Shown piece by piece: positions 1 to 11,141 of a stretch of 64,000 nt of DNA. Under the pieces are notes generated by a model. It was not told where the DNA came from. It was given only the letters and a program-made list of their open reading frames with translations, and did no database searches. Position numbers and translations under genes: made by a program. This DNA is from Limisphaerales bacterium (GTDB lineage: Bacteria; Verrucomicrobiota; Verrucomicrobiia; Limisphaerales; JAJOIW01): positions 164,076 to 228,075 of the forward strand of contig CBFHOE010000009.1 of assembly GCA_965657355.1 (NCBI GenBank), read 5' to 3'. Each line of letters begins with the position of its first letter. The stretch's first letter is position 1.

Positions 1-2
1 CC

Positions 3-2711
3 AAAAAGACGACTTCAAAAGAAACCACTGATAACGGGGAAGAAAAAGAAAGCGAAAAAGACCAACAGAAAAAACCAGATAAAAAGCAAGGCGATATTGT
101 ATCAGATAAAGACGCTGATGATGAAAAAGCTCCCAGATATGAGGGAATTCAATCCTTCACTTGGCACCCAGTAAAAAACGAAATACTCTTTATTTCGGGA
201 GGAGATATTTACCACATGAAACTCAATGGATCACCTCCTGAAAGACTCACTCGCACGCAGGATGCAGAACGAAATGTCCAGTATCTACCGGATGGCAAGG
301 GATTCATTTTCATGCGAGGCGAAAAATTGTTTCGCGTCCAAGAAGGACGATCATTAATCGAGCAGATCAGTCCAAAACTAAGCAAAGGCGAATCAATGAG
401 TTCTTTTAGACTGAGTCCAGATGGGACACGAATTTCTCTACAAACGCGAAAAGGTAAGAGCCCATTTTCCAGTGACCGAAAAGTCAAGATTGTCAATTAC
501 CGCGGCCGATTTGCTGAAGTTCGAGAATTCAATAGAGTCGTTTCTGATGACCCTATGGTTGAGCAGGAAGTTTTTATCTACCTTTACGACCTTACCAAAC
601 ATGAAAACGAACGGGCCGAGCTGGAATTAGTGCACACTACCAAGATCAATAGTCCTCGCGATGCTATTTCTGCACCAGAATGGTCACTGGATTCCAAACA
701 TATCACATTTGCGACTTTTCATTTTGAGGACGACAATGTTTCGCTCTACACAGCGACTTTTCCAGAGACTGATACGAAAGAGGAAGAGCAAACTCAAATT
801 CCTGAAGACCAGAATCGAGTCAATGAAGATCAAAAGGAACCCGACAGTCCAAAAGAAAACAAAGATGACATCAAAAATCAGCCAAAGAAACTCGCCAAAC
901 TCCAATACAGGTTTTTACATTTTGGTGGGCCAAATACTCCACGTTTGATTCAACCTCATTTCCTTGAGGACCCGACAAAGATTCTCTTCGTTAGTGAACA
1001 AACTGGATTCAGACACCTACACATACTCGACACTACATATCAAACTGTCACCTCATTGACTGAGGGCAACTTTGAAGTCTACCTTAATGAGGTTTCAAAG
1101 GATCGACGATTTGCATTAGTAACCAGCACGAAAAGTAGTCCAGCGCAAACAATGGCTTATAGCATCGATCTTAAAACCAAGGAAATGAACCCTTTAACAG
1201 ATATTAAAGGAAATTATTCCAACGTTTCCATTAGTCAGGACGGGACAAAGATGCTGGCAAATTATTCAACTTTCGGTAAATTGCGCGAGTTAGTTAGGGT
1301 CAACCAAAACGCAAAGAAAAACACATTCAAAACTCTAACAGATTCACACCCTTCCGAAGCCAAAAAAATAACAAAACCGACACCTGAGTTTTTTACTTAT
1401 AAAAATCGTCATGGACAAAGATTACATGGGACGATTTTCAAACCAAAAGACTGGAAAAAATCTGATAAACGCCCTTGCCTAATTTATGTGTATGGAGGCC
1501 CACTTGGCACCCGTCACAGTGTTGTGGACGGAAGTTACAGGTCAGATAGTTACTTTTTTGCTTACTACATGGCGTATGTTCACGGGTATGTCACAGTGAC
1601 TATCGACCCTCGTGGGCAATCCGGTTATGGGGCATTATTTGAAAAATCAAACTTTAAGCAAGTTGGCAAACCTCAAGTTGAAGACTTGGTCGATGGCACT
1701 CGTTTTTTAGTTGAGAATTGTGGAGTGGATGAGAAGAAAATTGGATTGCATGGCTGGAGTTTTGGAGGATTTCAAACCCAGATGTGCTTATATACAGAAC
1801 CTGATATTTTTGCGATAGGAATAGCTGGCGCAGGGCCAACCGAATGGGAAAATTACAATAAATGGTATTCAACCGGAACTATCGATCGAAGCAAAGAAGG
1901 CAAACTTGATCAAAAAGCTTATTCCCTATTACCACTTGCCAAAAATCTCAAAGCTAAACTTCTATTGGTTCATGGCATGGAGGATAGCAATGTCCTTTAC
2001 CAAGACACTGTGAGGGTCTACAGAGAACTTATTAAGGCGGGCAAAGAGACATTAGTAGAATTATTCCTTGATCCAACTGGAGGCCATGGTCTTGGAGGAG
2101 ATATAAAGCGCCTTGGTAAATATCGTAAATATGAGGAGTTTTTAATACGCAATCTCGGAAGTTTAAAAAAACCAAAGGGTGAAACAAACAAAATAATGTC
2201 CAAGCCCTTTGGCGGGAAACCACATAATATACCAGGGATTATTGAGGCGGAGCACTACGATGAGGGCCCAGCGGGAATCGCCTATAAAGATAACGACAAG
2301 GCAAACCAGGGCGCTGAATATCGAAAGGACACGGAAGTCGATATTGAGAAACGAGGCGACGCTTCTAATGGGCATGGAATAGGATGGACATTAAAAGGCG
2401 AGTGGTTGCGATACACTGTAAAGGTTGAAAAAGACGGTATTTATAAAGTAACCATGCCTGTTGCTTCTGATAAAATGGGAGGATTATTTCACCTTGAAAT
2501 AGGAGGCAAAAACCTCACCGGACCAATCAGAGTCCCGGATACGGGTGGTTGGACTATTCTTAGAACCATCACAGCAAAAGGAATAAAGCTGAAAAAAGGT
2601 ATACACACAATCCGTATTGTGATGGATGAGGAAGGCCCGTCTAATAGCATAGGAGATATTGATTATTTCGAATTTTCATTAATGGATAAATCAGGGCTCT
2701 TTTTTGATTAA
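3..2711 (+). CDS. S9B (DPP IV-like) prolyl oligopeptidase-family peptidase with C-terminal CBM6-like domain; 5'-truncated by window
   Basis: Frame is open from base 3 into the 216..2711 ORF. Beta-propeller repeats (SPDG), GWSFGG nucleophile, EDSNV Asp and GGHGLG His. C-terminal IPGIIEAEHYD...IGW...GEWLRYTV...GGW is CBM6-like. Confidence 0.85.
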   Translation, partial: KKTTSKETTDNGEEKESEKDQQKKPDKKQGDIVSDKDADDEKAPRYEGIQSFTWHPVKNEILFISGGDIYHMKLNGSPPERLTRTQDAERNVQYLPDGKGFIFMRGEKLFRVQEGRSLIEQISPKLSKGESMSSFRLSPDGTRISLQTRKGKSPFSSDRKVKIVNYRGRFAEVREFNRVVSDDPMVEQEVFIYLYDLTKHENERAELELVHTTKINSPRDAISAPEWSLDSKHITFATFHFEDDNVSLYTATFPETDTKEEEQTQIPEDQNRVNEDQKEPDSPKENKDDIKNQPKKLAKLQYRFLHFGGPNTPRLIQPHFLEDPTKILFVSEQTGFRHLHILDTTYQTVTSLTEGNFEVYLNEVSKDRRFALVTSTKSSPAQTMAYSIDLKTKEMNPLTDIKGNYSNVSISQDGTKMLANYSTFGKLRELVRVNQNAKKNTFKTLTDSHPSEAKKITKPTPEFFTYKNRHGQRLHGTIFKPKDWKKSDKRPCLIYVYGGPLGTRHSVVDGSYRSDSYFFAYYMAYVHGYVTVTIDPRGQSGYGALFEKSNFKQVGKPQVEDLVDGTRFLVENCGVDEKKIGLHGWSFGGFQTQMCLYTEPDIFAIGIAGAGPTEWENYNKWYSTGTIDRSKEGKLDQKAYSLLPLAKNLKAKLLLVHGMEDSNVLYQDTVRVYRELIKAGKETLVELFLDPTGGHGLGGDIKRLGKYRKYEEFLIRNLGSLKKPKGETNKIMSKPFGGKPHNIPGIIEAEHYDEGPAGIAYKDNDKANQGAEYRKDTEVDIEKRGDASNGHGIGWTLKGEWLRYTVKVEKDGIYKVTMPVASDKMGGLFHLEIGGKNLTGPIRVPDTGGWTILRTITAKGIKLKKGIHTIRIVMDEEGPSNSIGDIDYFEFSLMDKSGLFFD

Positions 2712-2811
2712 TGCCACGATGACTAACTTTCAGAATTAATGGTCATCATGAAAACTGCAATTTGTTTTATAACTAGGTTTATGATGGTGTTACCCAAAAG
2801 GTAATAGAGAT

Positions 2812-5427
2812 ATGACAACAAGGTGTTTTAGGTATTTCCTACTCGTTGGGATATTTTTATTTTCACTTAAAATTGAAACTTCCCGGGTTAGCTCTCAGGA
2901 AATAAACCCTTCTATTAATGTTAGGCATTTAGAGGCCGGACACGGTTCAACTGTTGAATCATTCTTTAAATCCTTTTGTATCGATTGTCATGGACCACAA
3001 AAGAGCAAAGGAAAAATCACATTACATACCCTCAGCGATTCTGATCTTGTCGATGGGAAGAACCTGGAACTCTGGGAAACTATTCTTGAGATTCTTCAAA
3101 GCGGAGAAATGCCTCCGGATAATGAGACTCAACCTACAAAAAAAGAACGCGAAAAAATGATCGTTTGGATCAACACCGGCCTCCGTCGTTTCGTAGAAAA
3201 CAAAGACAAACAAGAATCTCCATCAACAGTCCGCCGACTCACTAATTTTGAATACCAAAATACGATAAGAGACCTCATTGGAATCGATTTAAATCTTATA
3301 GACGACCTACCTAAGGATCCTTTTAAACCATACCACTTTAATAATACATCGGAGTTCATGCTACTTGGACCAGAGCAAATCGATCGCTATCTGGAAGTAG
3401 CGCGCCGCGTCATGGCTAGCGCCATTGTGGACACGCAGAAACCTGAAACATACAAAACTCGCAGAGAATGGGATAATAATGCATTAGGCAAGGGGTTTGG
3501 AGTTGTTTTAAATCGTAACGAAATTGCGATTCATAACTCGCGCCGTGGAACACCGGGTCAAGGCATGAGCGTGACAAAATTTCCAAAAACTGGAGAATTT
3601 CGGATTCGCTTCCAAGCCTCAGCTGTTTTCCCAAATGGAGCGACAGAGCTCCCTCTGCGCTTTGTCATGGGTTACAATTTGAATGTCAATAGTTCTACAC
3701 TGGAAGTTGAGCCGGTTGGTATTGTACCATTGCGCAATACACCTGATAATCCTCAGGTTTATGAATTGCGAGGGCGCATTGAAAATTACCCAGTTCAAAA
3801 AGGAAAAGTCCATCGTGGCAGATTGCGTCCTGATTCCCTGACGATAACTCCTCAAAACAATTACGATGATGGCACGCTGAATGATGAAAATCGTTTTTTG
3901 TATTGGCCCCGTCAATTGGACATGCCACGAGCGGTAGTCGATTGGATAGAATTTGAGGCTCCTATCACAGATGTTTGGCCACCTGATCACCACACTCGCA
4001 TTTTATTCGATTCCCATTTGCGTCAAACGAATATCGACGAATATGTGCAGAAGGTAATCAAACGTTTTATGTCTCGCGCATATCGCCGCCCGGCAACTGC
4101 AGAGGAAGTAAGTCGGTTTGTAAAGATTTACAATCTGCTTCAAACAGAATTTGAAAGTATTGAAGCCATAATGAGAGAAACCCTAGCCATGGTCTTAGTT
4201 ACCCCTCAATTTCTTCTTCACACGAAGTCAAATGGTAAAACCATCTCTCAAGCCTATGAAAAAGCTTCTATGCTTTCTTATTTCCTGTGGGGTAGCATGC
4301 CTGATGATGAGCTTATCCAATTAGCGTCTCAGGGAGATTTAGAAAATCCTATTATTATAAAAAACCAAGTAAATCGAATGCTGGATGATGCGCGGTCCCA
4401 CGATTTTATTTCCAACTTCACCAAACAATGGCTAAGCCTGGAAAAAATAAAAACAGTACCAATAAATCGCGATTTATTTCCACGATTTCTTTTTTATGTA
4501 GAGGCCGGAGAGCGTGCCGGCACCGAAAAACCATACATACCAACTATTCGCGATCATATGATTAATGAGACGATTCATTTTTTCGAAGAATTAATTAATC
4601 GTGATGCCCCTGTATATAATCTTGTGGATTCTGATTTTGCCATGATGAATCAGCCACTCGCAGCTCACTATGGAGTGGATGGAGTTGAAGGGCAGACCAT
4701 CCGGCCTGTCGATGTGGGGCCCGAGAAACATTTAGGGGGTCTACTGACACAAGGATCCATACTCATTGGTAATAGTACTGGCTCGGCACCACACCCAATT
4801 TATCGAGCTGTTTGGCTTCGTGAAGCGATATTAGGAGACGAAGTCAAGGACCCTCCTGCAGAAGTACCCGCTCTTTCGGACTCTGCCGGTGAGTCCGCAG
4901 ATGAAGCATCAAACATAAAAGATTTATTGGCCAAACATCGAACGGAGGAAAGTTGCCATGACTGCCATATCCGGCTGGACCCATGGGGTATTCCTTTCGA
5001 ACGTTATAATGCCATAGGTAAATTCCAGCCTTTTGTTCCTGAAGAGGGGACTCGTGTTCGTGGATTTAATAAAGAAAAGGACAAAAACCTCGTTGGATAC
5101 GAACGATATCTAAAGAAAATAAATACCAAGAAAGTTCAAGCAAGTGCTAGAGTTCCTCAAGGCCCCGAGATCGATGGGATGCGGGAGCTTAAAGAACACC
5201 TTATAACAGATCGCATAGATGACATCGCCGAAAATTTAATACGTAAGCTTCTCTCCTATGCAATCGGCCGAGAATTGAATTATCAAGACCGCTTCGAGGT
5301 CGAAAAAATCCTCTCTCAATCCAAGGAAAAAGGTTATCTTATAAAGAGTATGATTGTGTCCATTTGTCAAAGCGACCTTGTTTTAGGACAAAATACAAAT
5401 GAAAAGAAAATCCTGGCACCTCAATAG
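2812..5427 (+). CDS. DUF1592/DUF1588/DUF1587/DUF1595/DUF1585 planctomycete-type cytochrome c domain protein
   Basis: Signal peptide, CIDCH...GEMPP, RRLTNFEYQNTIRDL, RAYRRP, LSYFLWGSMPD, HPIYRAVW, CHDCH...DPWG..FERY. Confidence 0.9.
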   Translation: MTTRCFRYFLLVGIFLFSLKIETSRVSSQEINPSINVRHLEAGHGSTVESFFKSFCIDCHGPQKSKGKITLHTLSDSDLVDGKNLELWETILEILQSGEMPPDNETQPTKKEREKMIVWINTGLRRFVENKDKQESPSTVRRLTNFEYQNTIRDLIGIDLNLIDDLPKDPFKPYHFNNTSEFMLLGPEQIDRYLEVARRVMASAIVDTQKPETYKTRREWDNNALGKGFGVVLNRNEIAIHNSRRGTPGQGMSVTKFPKTGEFRIRFQASAVFPNGATELPLRFVMGYNLNVNSSTLEVEPVGIVPLRNTPDNPQVYELRGRIENYPVQKGKVHRGRLRPDSLTITPQNNYDDGTLNDENRFLYWPRQLDMPRAVVDWIEFEAPITDVWPPDHHTRILFDSHLRQTNIDEYVQKVIKRFMSRAYRRPATAEEVSRFVKIYNLLQTEFESIEAIMRETLAMVLVTPQFLLHTKSNGKTISQAYEKASMLSYFLWGSMPDDELIQLASQGDLENPIIIKNQVNRMLDDARSHDFISNFTKQWLSLEKIKTVPINRDLFPRFLFYVEAGERAGTEKPYIPTIRDHMINETIHFFEELINRDAPVYNLVDSDFAMMNQPLAAHYGVDGVEGQTIRPVDVGPEKHLGGLLTQGSILIGNSTGSAPHPIYRAVWLREAILGDEVKDPPAEVPALSDSAGESADEASNIKDLLAKHRTEESCHDCHIRLDPWGIPFERYNAIGKFQPFVPEEGTRVRGFNKEKDKNLVGYERYLKKINTKKVQASARVPQGPEIDGMRELKEHLITDRIDDIAENLIRKLLSYAIGRELNYQDRFEVEKILSQSKEKGYLIKSMIVSICQSDLVLGQNTNEKKILAPQ

Positions 5428-6775
5428 GCGCGAATTCCTTAAAGGAGGAGGAGTCGCCATCGCATTACCCCTTCTGAATGGGATGGATAAATCCATGGCC
5501 ACTGGAGTTGAAAAAAGGGGTGATACGAAAGCACCTAAACGAATGCTAGTAAGTTACTTTGCATACGGGGCATACATGCCAGATGGGCCATCAGGTATCC
5601 CAGACCCAAAAAAAGACCATCATGAATGGAGTTGGTGGCCCTGCAAACAGGCAGGCCCACTGACCTTCAACAAATCCTCGGAGCCATTTACTTCTTTGAA
5701 AGACAACATTTCCTACCTCCGTGGACTAGATCATGCAGGAGGGTGGAAACTTGGAGGGCACAGTTCAGGCGATGTCTTTGCAACTGGAGCAGATATGGTA
5801 GGAACTGAGAAAACAAACAGCATTTCCATAGATCAGGTCGCCGCGAACACCCATGGACATAAAACACGCTACCCATCTTTAGTTCTAGGAACAGAGGGCG
5901 GAACCGGTTCCTATGGGTCCTGTAAAACGCTATCCCATAGAGGCCCGGGGCGACCCATACCTTCACTTCATAAACCAAATGAAATTTTCAATGGCCTTTT
6001 TAATCCATACGCAGGTAAAGGAGTCGACCAAGTCCGTGCAAGTTTGAAGCGTGAAGCAAGTATCCTCGACCTGGTCATGGATCATACACGTAGCTTTAAA
6101 AACCGGCTTGGTAAGGACGACAGGTTGAAAGTAGATGAATACCTCGACTCCATAAGAGCTCTGGAGCAAAGAGTGGAGCGCACCAGTAAATGGACCCACA
6201 GGGAACTCCCTGATATCGATACTGACCAACTAAATATCCAAGTGTCTCCAAAAGACCCAAAAGAATACATCCGCTGCATGTATGATCTCGTTTTTCTGGC
6301 ATTTCAAACTGACAGCACCAGATATGCCACCCTTATGCTGGAAAGCGAGCAATCTTCTAACAGCGAAATGTGGAATTACGCAACATATGTGTTGGGATAT
6401 AAAGGAGCCACACATGATATCGCCCACAAACGTCCAGAAAAATACGCAGGACAATGGGATAAATGGAGAGCTGAGCAGCATGCTTATTTTTTAAAGCGTT
6501 TACGAGATACGCCAGAAGGAGATGGAACAATGCTCGACAGGACACTTGTGCTTTGGGGGTCAGCGCACCCACATGCATCACACAGCACCAAAAACTACCC
6601 GATTCAAATTGCCGGAGGTAATGAGTTAGGTTTCCGGCATGGGAGTCTTCATGATTTTATCGGAGACAAAAAAGTACCCTTGGCTAATTTATTTGTCTCA
6701 ATGCTTAATGCCGTTGATGTTCCCGTCGAAAAATTTGCAGACAGCACGGGTGTGATGTCTGATATTTATAGTTAG
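5399..6775 (+). CDS. DUF1552 domain protein (Tat-exported)
   Basis: LNRREFLKG Tat motif, SISIDQVAA, SILDLV, YLDSIRALE, AFQTDSTR, EGDGTMLD. Overlaps the upstream DUF1592 gene. Confidence 0.9.
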   Translation: MKRKSWHLNRREFLKGGGVAIALPLLNGMDKSMATGVEKRGDTKAPKRMLVSYFAYGAYMPDGPSGIPDPKKDHHEWSWWPCKQAGPLTFNKSSEPFTSLKDNISYLRGLDHAGGWKLGGHSSGDVFATGADMVGTEKTNSISIDQVAANTHGHKTRYPSLVLGTEGGTGSYGSCKTLSHRGPGRPIPSLHKPNEIFNGLFNPYAGKGVDQVRASLKREASILDLVMDHTRSFKNRLGKDDRLKVDEYLDSIRALEQRVERTSKWTHRELPDIDTDQLNIQVSPKDPKEYIRCMYDLVFLAFQTDSTRYATLMLESEQSSNSEMWNYATYVLGYKGATHDIAHKRPEKYAGQWDKWRAEQHAYFLKRLRDTPEGDGTMLDRTLVLWGSAHPHASHSTKNYPIQIAGGNELGFRHGSLHDFIGDKKVPLANLFVSMLNAVDVPVEKFADSTGVMSDIYS

Positions 6776-6964
6776 TTGCTCCAAAGGCTCTGTCAATTAG
6801 GCCATAAAAATTATAAATATCATTGAAAAATATAAGGGAATTCAGTGGGCTAAATTTTTTGATGAGCCGCTACAATCGACTTTGTAAACTTACCAGCAGG
6901 CAGGATAAAATTCAAAGTAACAAGAATTCCTGGCTAAGATAAATTGATTCATCCATTGAACTTC

Positions 6965-8269
6965 TCACAAGTTTCGAATCACAAAGGCGTTCATCAATTC
7001 TCTTTTGATAATAAGCTCAACCAAAATTGTCGTGTGTTTCGCAAAAGCAAATCTTACGGTATCAGAATCCAGGGACACCTTTCCGACGTTATCATTGTAT
7101 CCAACTTGTATGGCGTTGGAATTTTGTTCAATTATTGGCTCAGCACGAATACTGATGTCTAATTTATCGCATTCCTTGTTATTAAATCCATCGTGTAATT
7201 GAGAAGCGTTACAATACATCGATCTGTAATGTGGGGCAGATTTCGGAACGTGAACTTTTTGAAGTATTTTTTGATAAAATATTCCAGCAAGATGCCCGTC
7301 CTCCGGATCATCATCAAAGAATTCAATGAAATAATCTTCTACAGGATTTTCGACATGATCAACCACGCGGACCAAAGTATTTTGATAAGCTCGCTCTTTA
7401 TCTATTCCAGAACAAATATTTATGAGTTTTTGATTCCAAGCCGCCCAACCCTCTGATGTGACTTGAAGGGCTTGAATATAAAGATTTAAAACCTCTTTAT
7501 TATTTGGAGTATTTTCACTCTTCATTATAAGTGATTCATGGTTTTCTCCATCAAGAATACCGAATGCGATTTGATGATTTTCGGCTGGCTGGATAAAATT
7601 AAGTTTTGGAGATTGTGAATGCGATGAGAAATCAACAATCATTTTGCGTGCATTTAGATTAGCGCTTGAAATTCTGACTACCCCATCGCCACCGCTTTCA
7701 TTTGCAGCAGCGCGAACACCGCTATTCCCTTTATTTCCCACCAAGACAGTAGCTTTGATGGCATCTTGTCCATACCAAGCATTTTCACAAAAAACATCTT
7801 TTTCAGCGAGTTCCCATGTATAAGGCGAACCTAACTCTAATCCATTTAAAAGATGTTTACCCGTTCTAAAACCGTGACCCCACCCCTTTATGATTCTTCC
7901 ATAAAACGCTCTTCCTTTATGAGCTAGGTGCGAACCAAAATTGGCAGGGGCAAGCATCAACAAATGGTCAATAGGATTATTATCATAGGTATAAAATCGC
8001 GTCAGCCACTCCCTAAAAACTAAGGCCCCCGCGCTATGCAATACGACATCTACAGATCTAGATTTTCTCGGGAGTTGCTCGGAAACCCACGCGCTCTCCA
8101 TCGCTTGGGCTAAATCCTTGTATGTGACTTCATCATGCATCGACAACCAATCAGCTAACTCAATTCGAACCACTTCACGCCCCAAACGGCTCACAAAGAA
8201 TTCGCCTAAATTTAAAAACGATTCATACGTATCGCTCCATCCATGTATGATTACGAGTGGCCTTGACAT
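6965..8269 (-). CDS. Alpha/beta-fold hydrolase (lipase/esterase-like)
   Basis: IIHGWSD oxyanion region, LHSAG nucleophile elbow, APANFGS, GGDGVV, ENHES. Confidence 0.7.
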   Translation of the reverse strand: MSRPLVIIHGWSDTYESFLNLGEFFVSRLGREVVRIELADWLSMHDEVTYKDLAQAMESAWVSEQLPRKSRSVDVVLHSAGALVFREWLTRFYTYDNNPIDHLLMLAPANFGSHLAHKGRAFYGRIIKGWGHGFRTGKHLLNGLELGSPYTWELAEKDVFCENAWYGQDAIKATVLVGNKGNSGVRAAANESGGDGVVRISSANLNARKMIVDFSSHSQSPKLNFIQPAENHQIAFGILDGENHESLIMKSENTPNNKEVLNLYIQALQVTSEGWAAWNQKLINICSGIDKERAYQNTLVRVVDHVENPVEDYFIEFFDDDPEDGHLAGIFYQKILQKVHVPKSAPHYRSMYCNASQLHDGFNNKECDKLDISIRAEPIIEQNSNAIQVGYNDNVGKVSLDSDTVRFAFAKHTTILVELIIKRELMNAFVIRNL

Positions 8270-8708
8270 TTTTATCTCCAGTTACTGGGTCGTCGGGGTC
8301 TGTATCTAAAATCTCTTTTCACTTAATTTAAAAACCATCTAGTATTTGGTTGAACGTTTTCAGACACCGTGAAAATGAATTATCGCTGTCCGAATTTCCG
8401 ATGTTTAATGACTTATTCGAATTCAAGTGCAAAATATTTCAGATTATTTTGGGGTTTTAAAAGCGAACGATGAAGATAACCGTATTTACAACTAGTGAAT
8501 TCAAAGCATCACTTGGAGTCATGTAATGTTTCTGTATATTTAATAAGGTGTGATAAAGATCTTCGCGGGAAATTCACTTTGGAGATAAACCACCAAATTC
8601 AGCTCATATATTGAGCAAAAGGTTATCAAGGATTATGAGTCAGCCGGCTAAGATGTCCTGGCAAATTCTCAGTCGGAAAATAGAACTGCTACCCTATCGG
8701 AGATCGCT

Positions 8709-9827
8709 CTAATGTGGAGGATGAATAATTGAACGCAGCCCGGGATTGTCCTTTGCAAATGCCACAGCAGAATCAACCCTTTCTAATTGAAATTCTGCAC
8801 CAATCAATTGATTCCATGGGACAGAGTCCTTCGTATCCAATATACAACGCGTAGCGACAATCAAGTCCTCCGGACGATAATTGTGTACCCCTTTTATCGT
8901 CAGGCAGCGTCGAACGATTTGGTCCGGGTCAATTTTCAATGGAGGTGAAGGAAATACAGTACCCGCCAGGACAAGTGTACCGCCTATACGAAGTTGGCCT
9001 AATGCCAATTGAGCAGCTTCAGAGGACCCAGCCAATTCGAGAGCTAAGTCAACGCCACGACCAGAAGTCGAAATCTGGATAAAACTCTCTGCTGATTCAT
9101 CACCGGGTGCGCATACTCTATCAGCACCGAAATCCAAACACCGTTGGTGTCGTTCGCGATTGGGCTCAACAACCAAAACGTGCCCACAGCCCTGGCGTTT
9201 GGCTAGGGCAACCGCACTCAACCCTGCATACCCACCGCCCATAACAAGCAGCGTGGATGAGGCATTTATTTTTACCTGACTTTCTCTCAACATAGCTGCT
9301 GCAGTCGAAACAGCACAATTGATCGGAGTCGCTATGAAATTATGAATTTCTTCTGGCAGCTTTAGAATTGGAGTTCCTGGACGGAGTATAATGTAACTTG
9401 CCATGCCGCCACTTGAATTTGATCCATCCATAGACACGGATTCGTGTCCGTATTTAAAAAGGTTCTCACATTTCTGTGGAATGCCAGTTTTACAATAAAA
9501 GCACTTACCGCAGTGAGCATAAATCGCCCAGGTTATTCGATCACCAATAACTATTGTTTCACCACAAATATCCGTTTTGGGAAAATTGTCTCCGGTGGCT
9601 ACAATGTTCCCAATCATTTCATGACCCAACACTGTGGGTGTGTGCACCGTACGGCGCCCACACATAGTATGCACATCACTGCGACAAATGGCACAATGAG
9701 TGATCTTTACCAATGCTTCTTCGCCTTGAGGTCTGGGCCAAGTGGCCTGGCGCACTTCCATGGACTTATCCTGACCATGGTATAATGCAATGGCACCGGA
9801 AAATTGCTCATTTGATTCAAAATTCAT
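8709..9827 (-). CDS. Zinc-dependent alcohol dehydrogenase, resembling the phosphonate-catabolism-associated (HpnZ-like) subfamily
   Basis: CRSDVH, LGHE, structural Zn CGKCFYCKTGIPQKC, KYGH, GxGxxG (GGGYAG), GVHNY. Directly downstream of a DUF5690 gene. Confidence 0.75.
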   Translation of the reverse strand: MNFESNEQFSGAIALYHGQDKSMEVRQATWPRPQGEEALVKITHCAICRSDVHTMCGRRTVHTPTVLGHEMIGNIVATGDNFPKTDICGETIVIGDRITWAIYAHCGKCFYCKTGIPQKCENLFKYGHESVSMDGSNSSGGMASYIILRPGTPILKLPEEIHNFIATPINCAVSTAAAMLRESQVKINASSTLLVMGGGYAGLSAVALAKRQGCGHVLVVEPNRERHQRCLDFGADRVCAPGDESAESFIQISTSGRGVDLALELAGSSEAAQLALGQLRIGGTLVLAGTVFPSPPLKIDPDQIVRRCLTIKGVHNYRPEDLIVATRCILDTKDSVPWNQLIGAEFQLERVDSAVAFAKDNPGLRSIIHPPH

Positions 9828-9830
9828 TCG

Positions 9831-11141
9831 TTATTGAGTAACCTGAGGAAGTTTCTTCTTAAAATAAATAAGTGCCAATAAAAACGAGCTTATGCCCACT
9901 CCCCCGACTACCCAGCATAATTGAGTTAAAAAGGAAAAAGTATCTTCGCCTCCAGGAAGCTTATCTTTGACAAGCATAAGGACAACATATCCCAGATACC
10001 CTGTTGAATCTGCAAGATACATCAAATATCCGACATTTCCCTTTTCCGGGGTCACGGCCACGATTCGCTCGAATATTGTGGTGTGAACAAGCACATATGC
10101 AAGGTAAAACGCAAGACCAACCAATACCATAAACCAGAATGGCGAGATCCATTTTTGATCGATAGCGATCAAGCTCAGCGGGATTAAAGCTAAGCCTATC
10201 ATACAGACTAAGAATGCGTGAAAAAGAGCCAGTCGGTTGTTACGATAGAGAGAGAAAATACCGCTGCATATCATTATCCCCAAAGCTATCCACATCTCGG
10301 AGGTAGAAAAAATCTCGGGTGTTGTTTTGACTCCTAAACTTTTCCATATTTCAGGTGCAAAATCACCTCTGAGGCTTCTTATCAAAGTTATCAAAAGGTA
10401 AGCTGAAATGATGGCAATCAACCCTGGAGCATAGTGCATAAAATAATGTCTCCGGTCGACACCATTCATTTGTCTACGAGCCTGACGCTCGGCCCTGTCA
10501 GATTCATCCGGAGGGGGGATTTGATTCAACATCCATAAAAACACGAGTAGTGGAATCATAAAAATAACCCCGGCTAAAAATGGCATCCAGACTTCTACGA
10601 TTCCTATTTCTATCAACCAAGCGCCCACCGATTTAGTAACTCCATCGGCTAGAACGAAGCTCGCACATAATCCGGCTGCGAGTAATTCAGTCATCCGCCG
10701 GCCCTCTAAAAAACCAAGGACTAGTCCAAATACCATGCCCAACATCAGGCCATTGCCAAAAAGAAAAATGACGGATATGGGAGTGGGTGCTACAGCAAAC
10801 CCAAATAAGCAGGCTAAAGCTATTGAGGTCAGCATTAAAATACCGCGAACCCGCTTCCTTGGAGGCATCTCAGATATAACTTTTATGCCAATGAACTTGG
10901 ACAGCATATATCCAGAGACCTGGAATATCACCAAAGCAGATTTGAGATCCATTCCAAAGGCTGTCATGCCATTATACGAAGTTGAGGTAAATGGCTTACG
11001 AATTCCATACATGCAAAAATAAGCCCCAAAGGCAGCTACGATACACCAGACAGCAAAATGAGAGCCGCGAGAAGAAGAGGAGCCTGAAATGAAGGAAAGG
11101 CATCCACCTGATGGCGGAGTTTTTTTCAAATTACTAGACAT
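9831..11141 (-). CDS. DUF5690 family MFS-like membrane transporter
   Basis: About 12 hydrophobic segments, YFCMYGIRKPF, GYMLSKFIGIKVISE, LEGRR.TE, GYLMYLADSTGYLG. Confidence 0.75.
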   Translation of the reverse strand: MSSNLKKTPPSGGCLSFISGSSSSRGSHFAVWCIVAAFGAYFCMYGIRKPFTSTSYNGMTAFGMDLKSALVIFQVSGYMLSKFIGIKVISEMPPRKRVRGILMLTSIALACLFGFAVAPTPISVIFLFGNGLMLGMVFGLVLGFLEGRRMTELLAAGLCASFVLADGVTKSVGAWLIEIGIVEVWMPFLAGVIFMIPLLVFLWMLNQIPPPDESDRAERQARRQMNGVDRRHYFMHYAPGLIAIISAYLLITLIRSLRGDFAPEIWKSLGVKTTPEIFSTSEMWIALGIMICSGIFSLYRNNRLALFHAFLVCMIGLALIPLSLIAIDQKWISPFWFMVLVGLAFYLAYVLVHTTIFERIVAVTPEKGNVGYLMYLADSTGYLGYVVLMLVKDKLPGGEDTFSFLTQLCWVVGGVGISSFLLALIYFKKKLPQVTQ

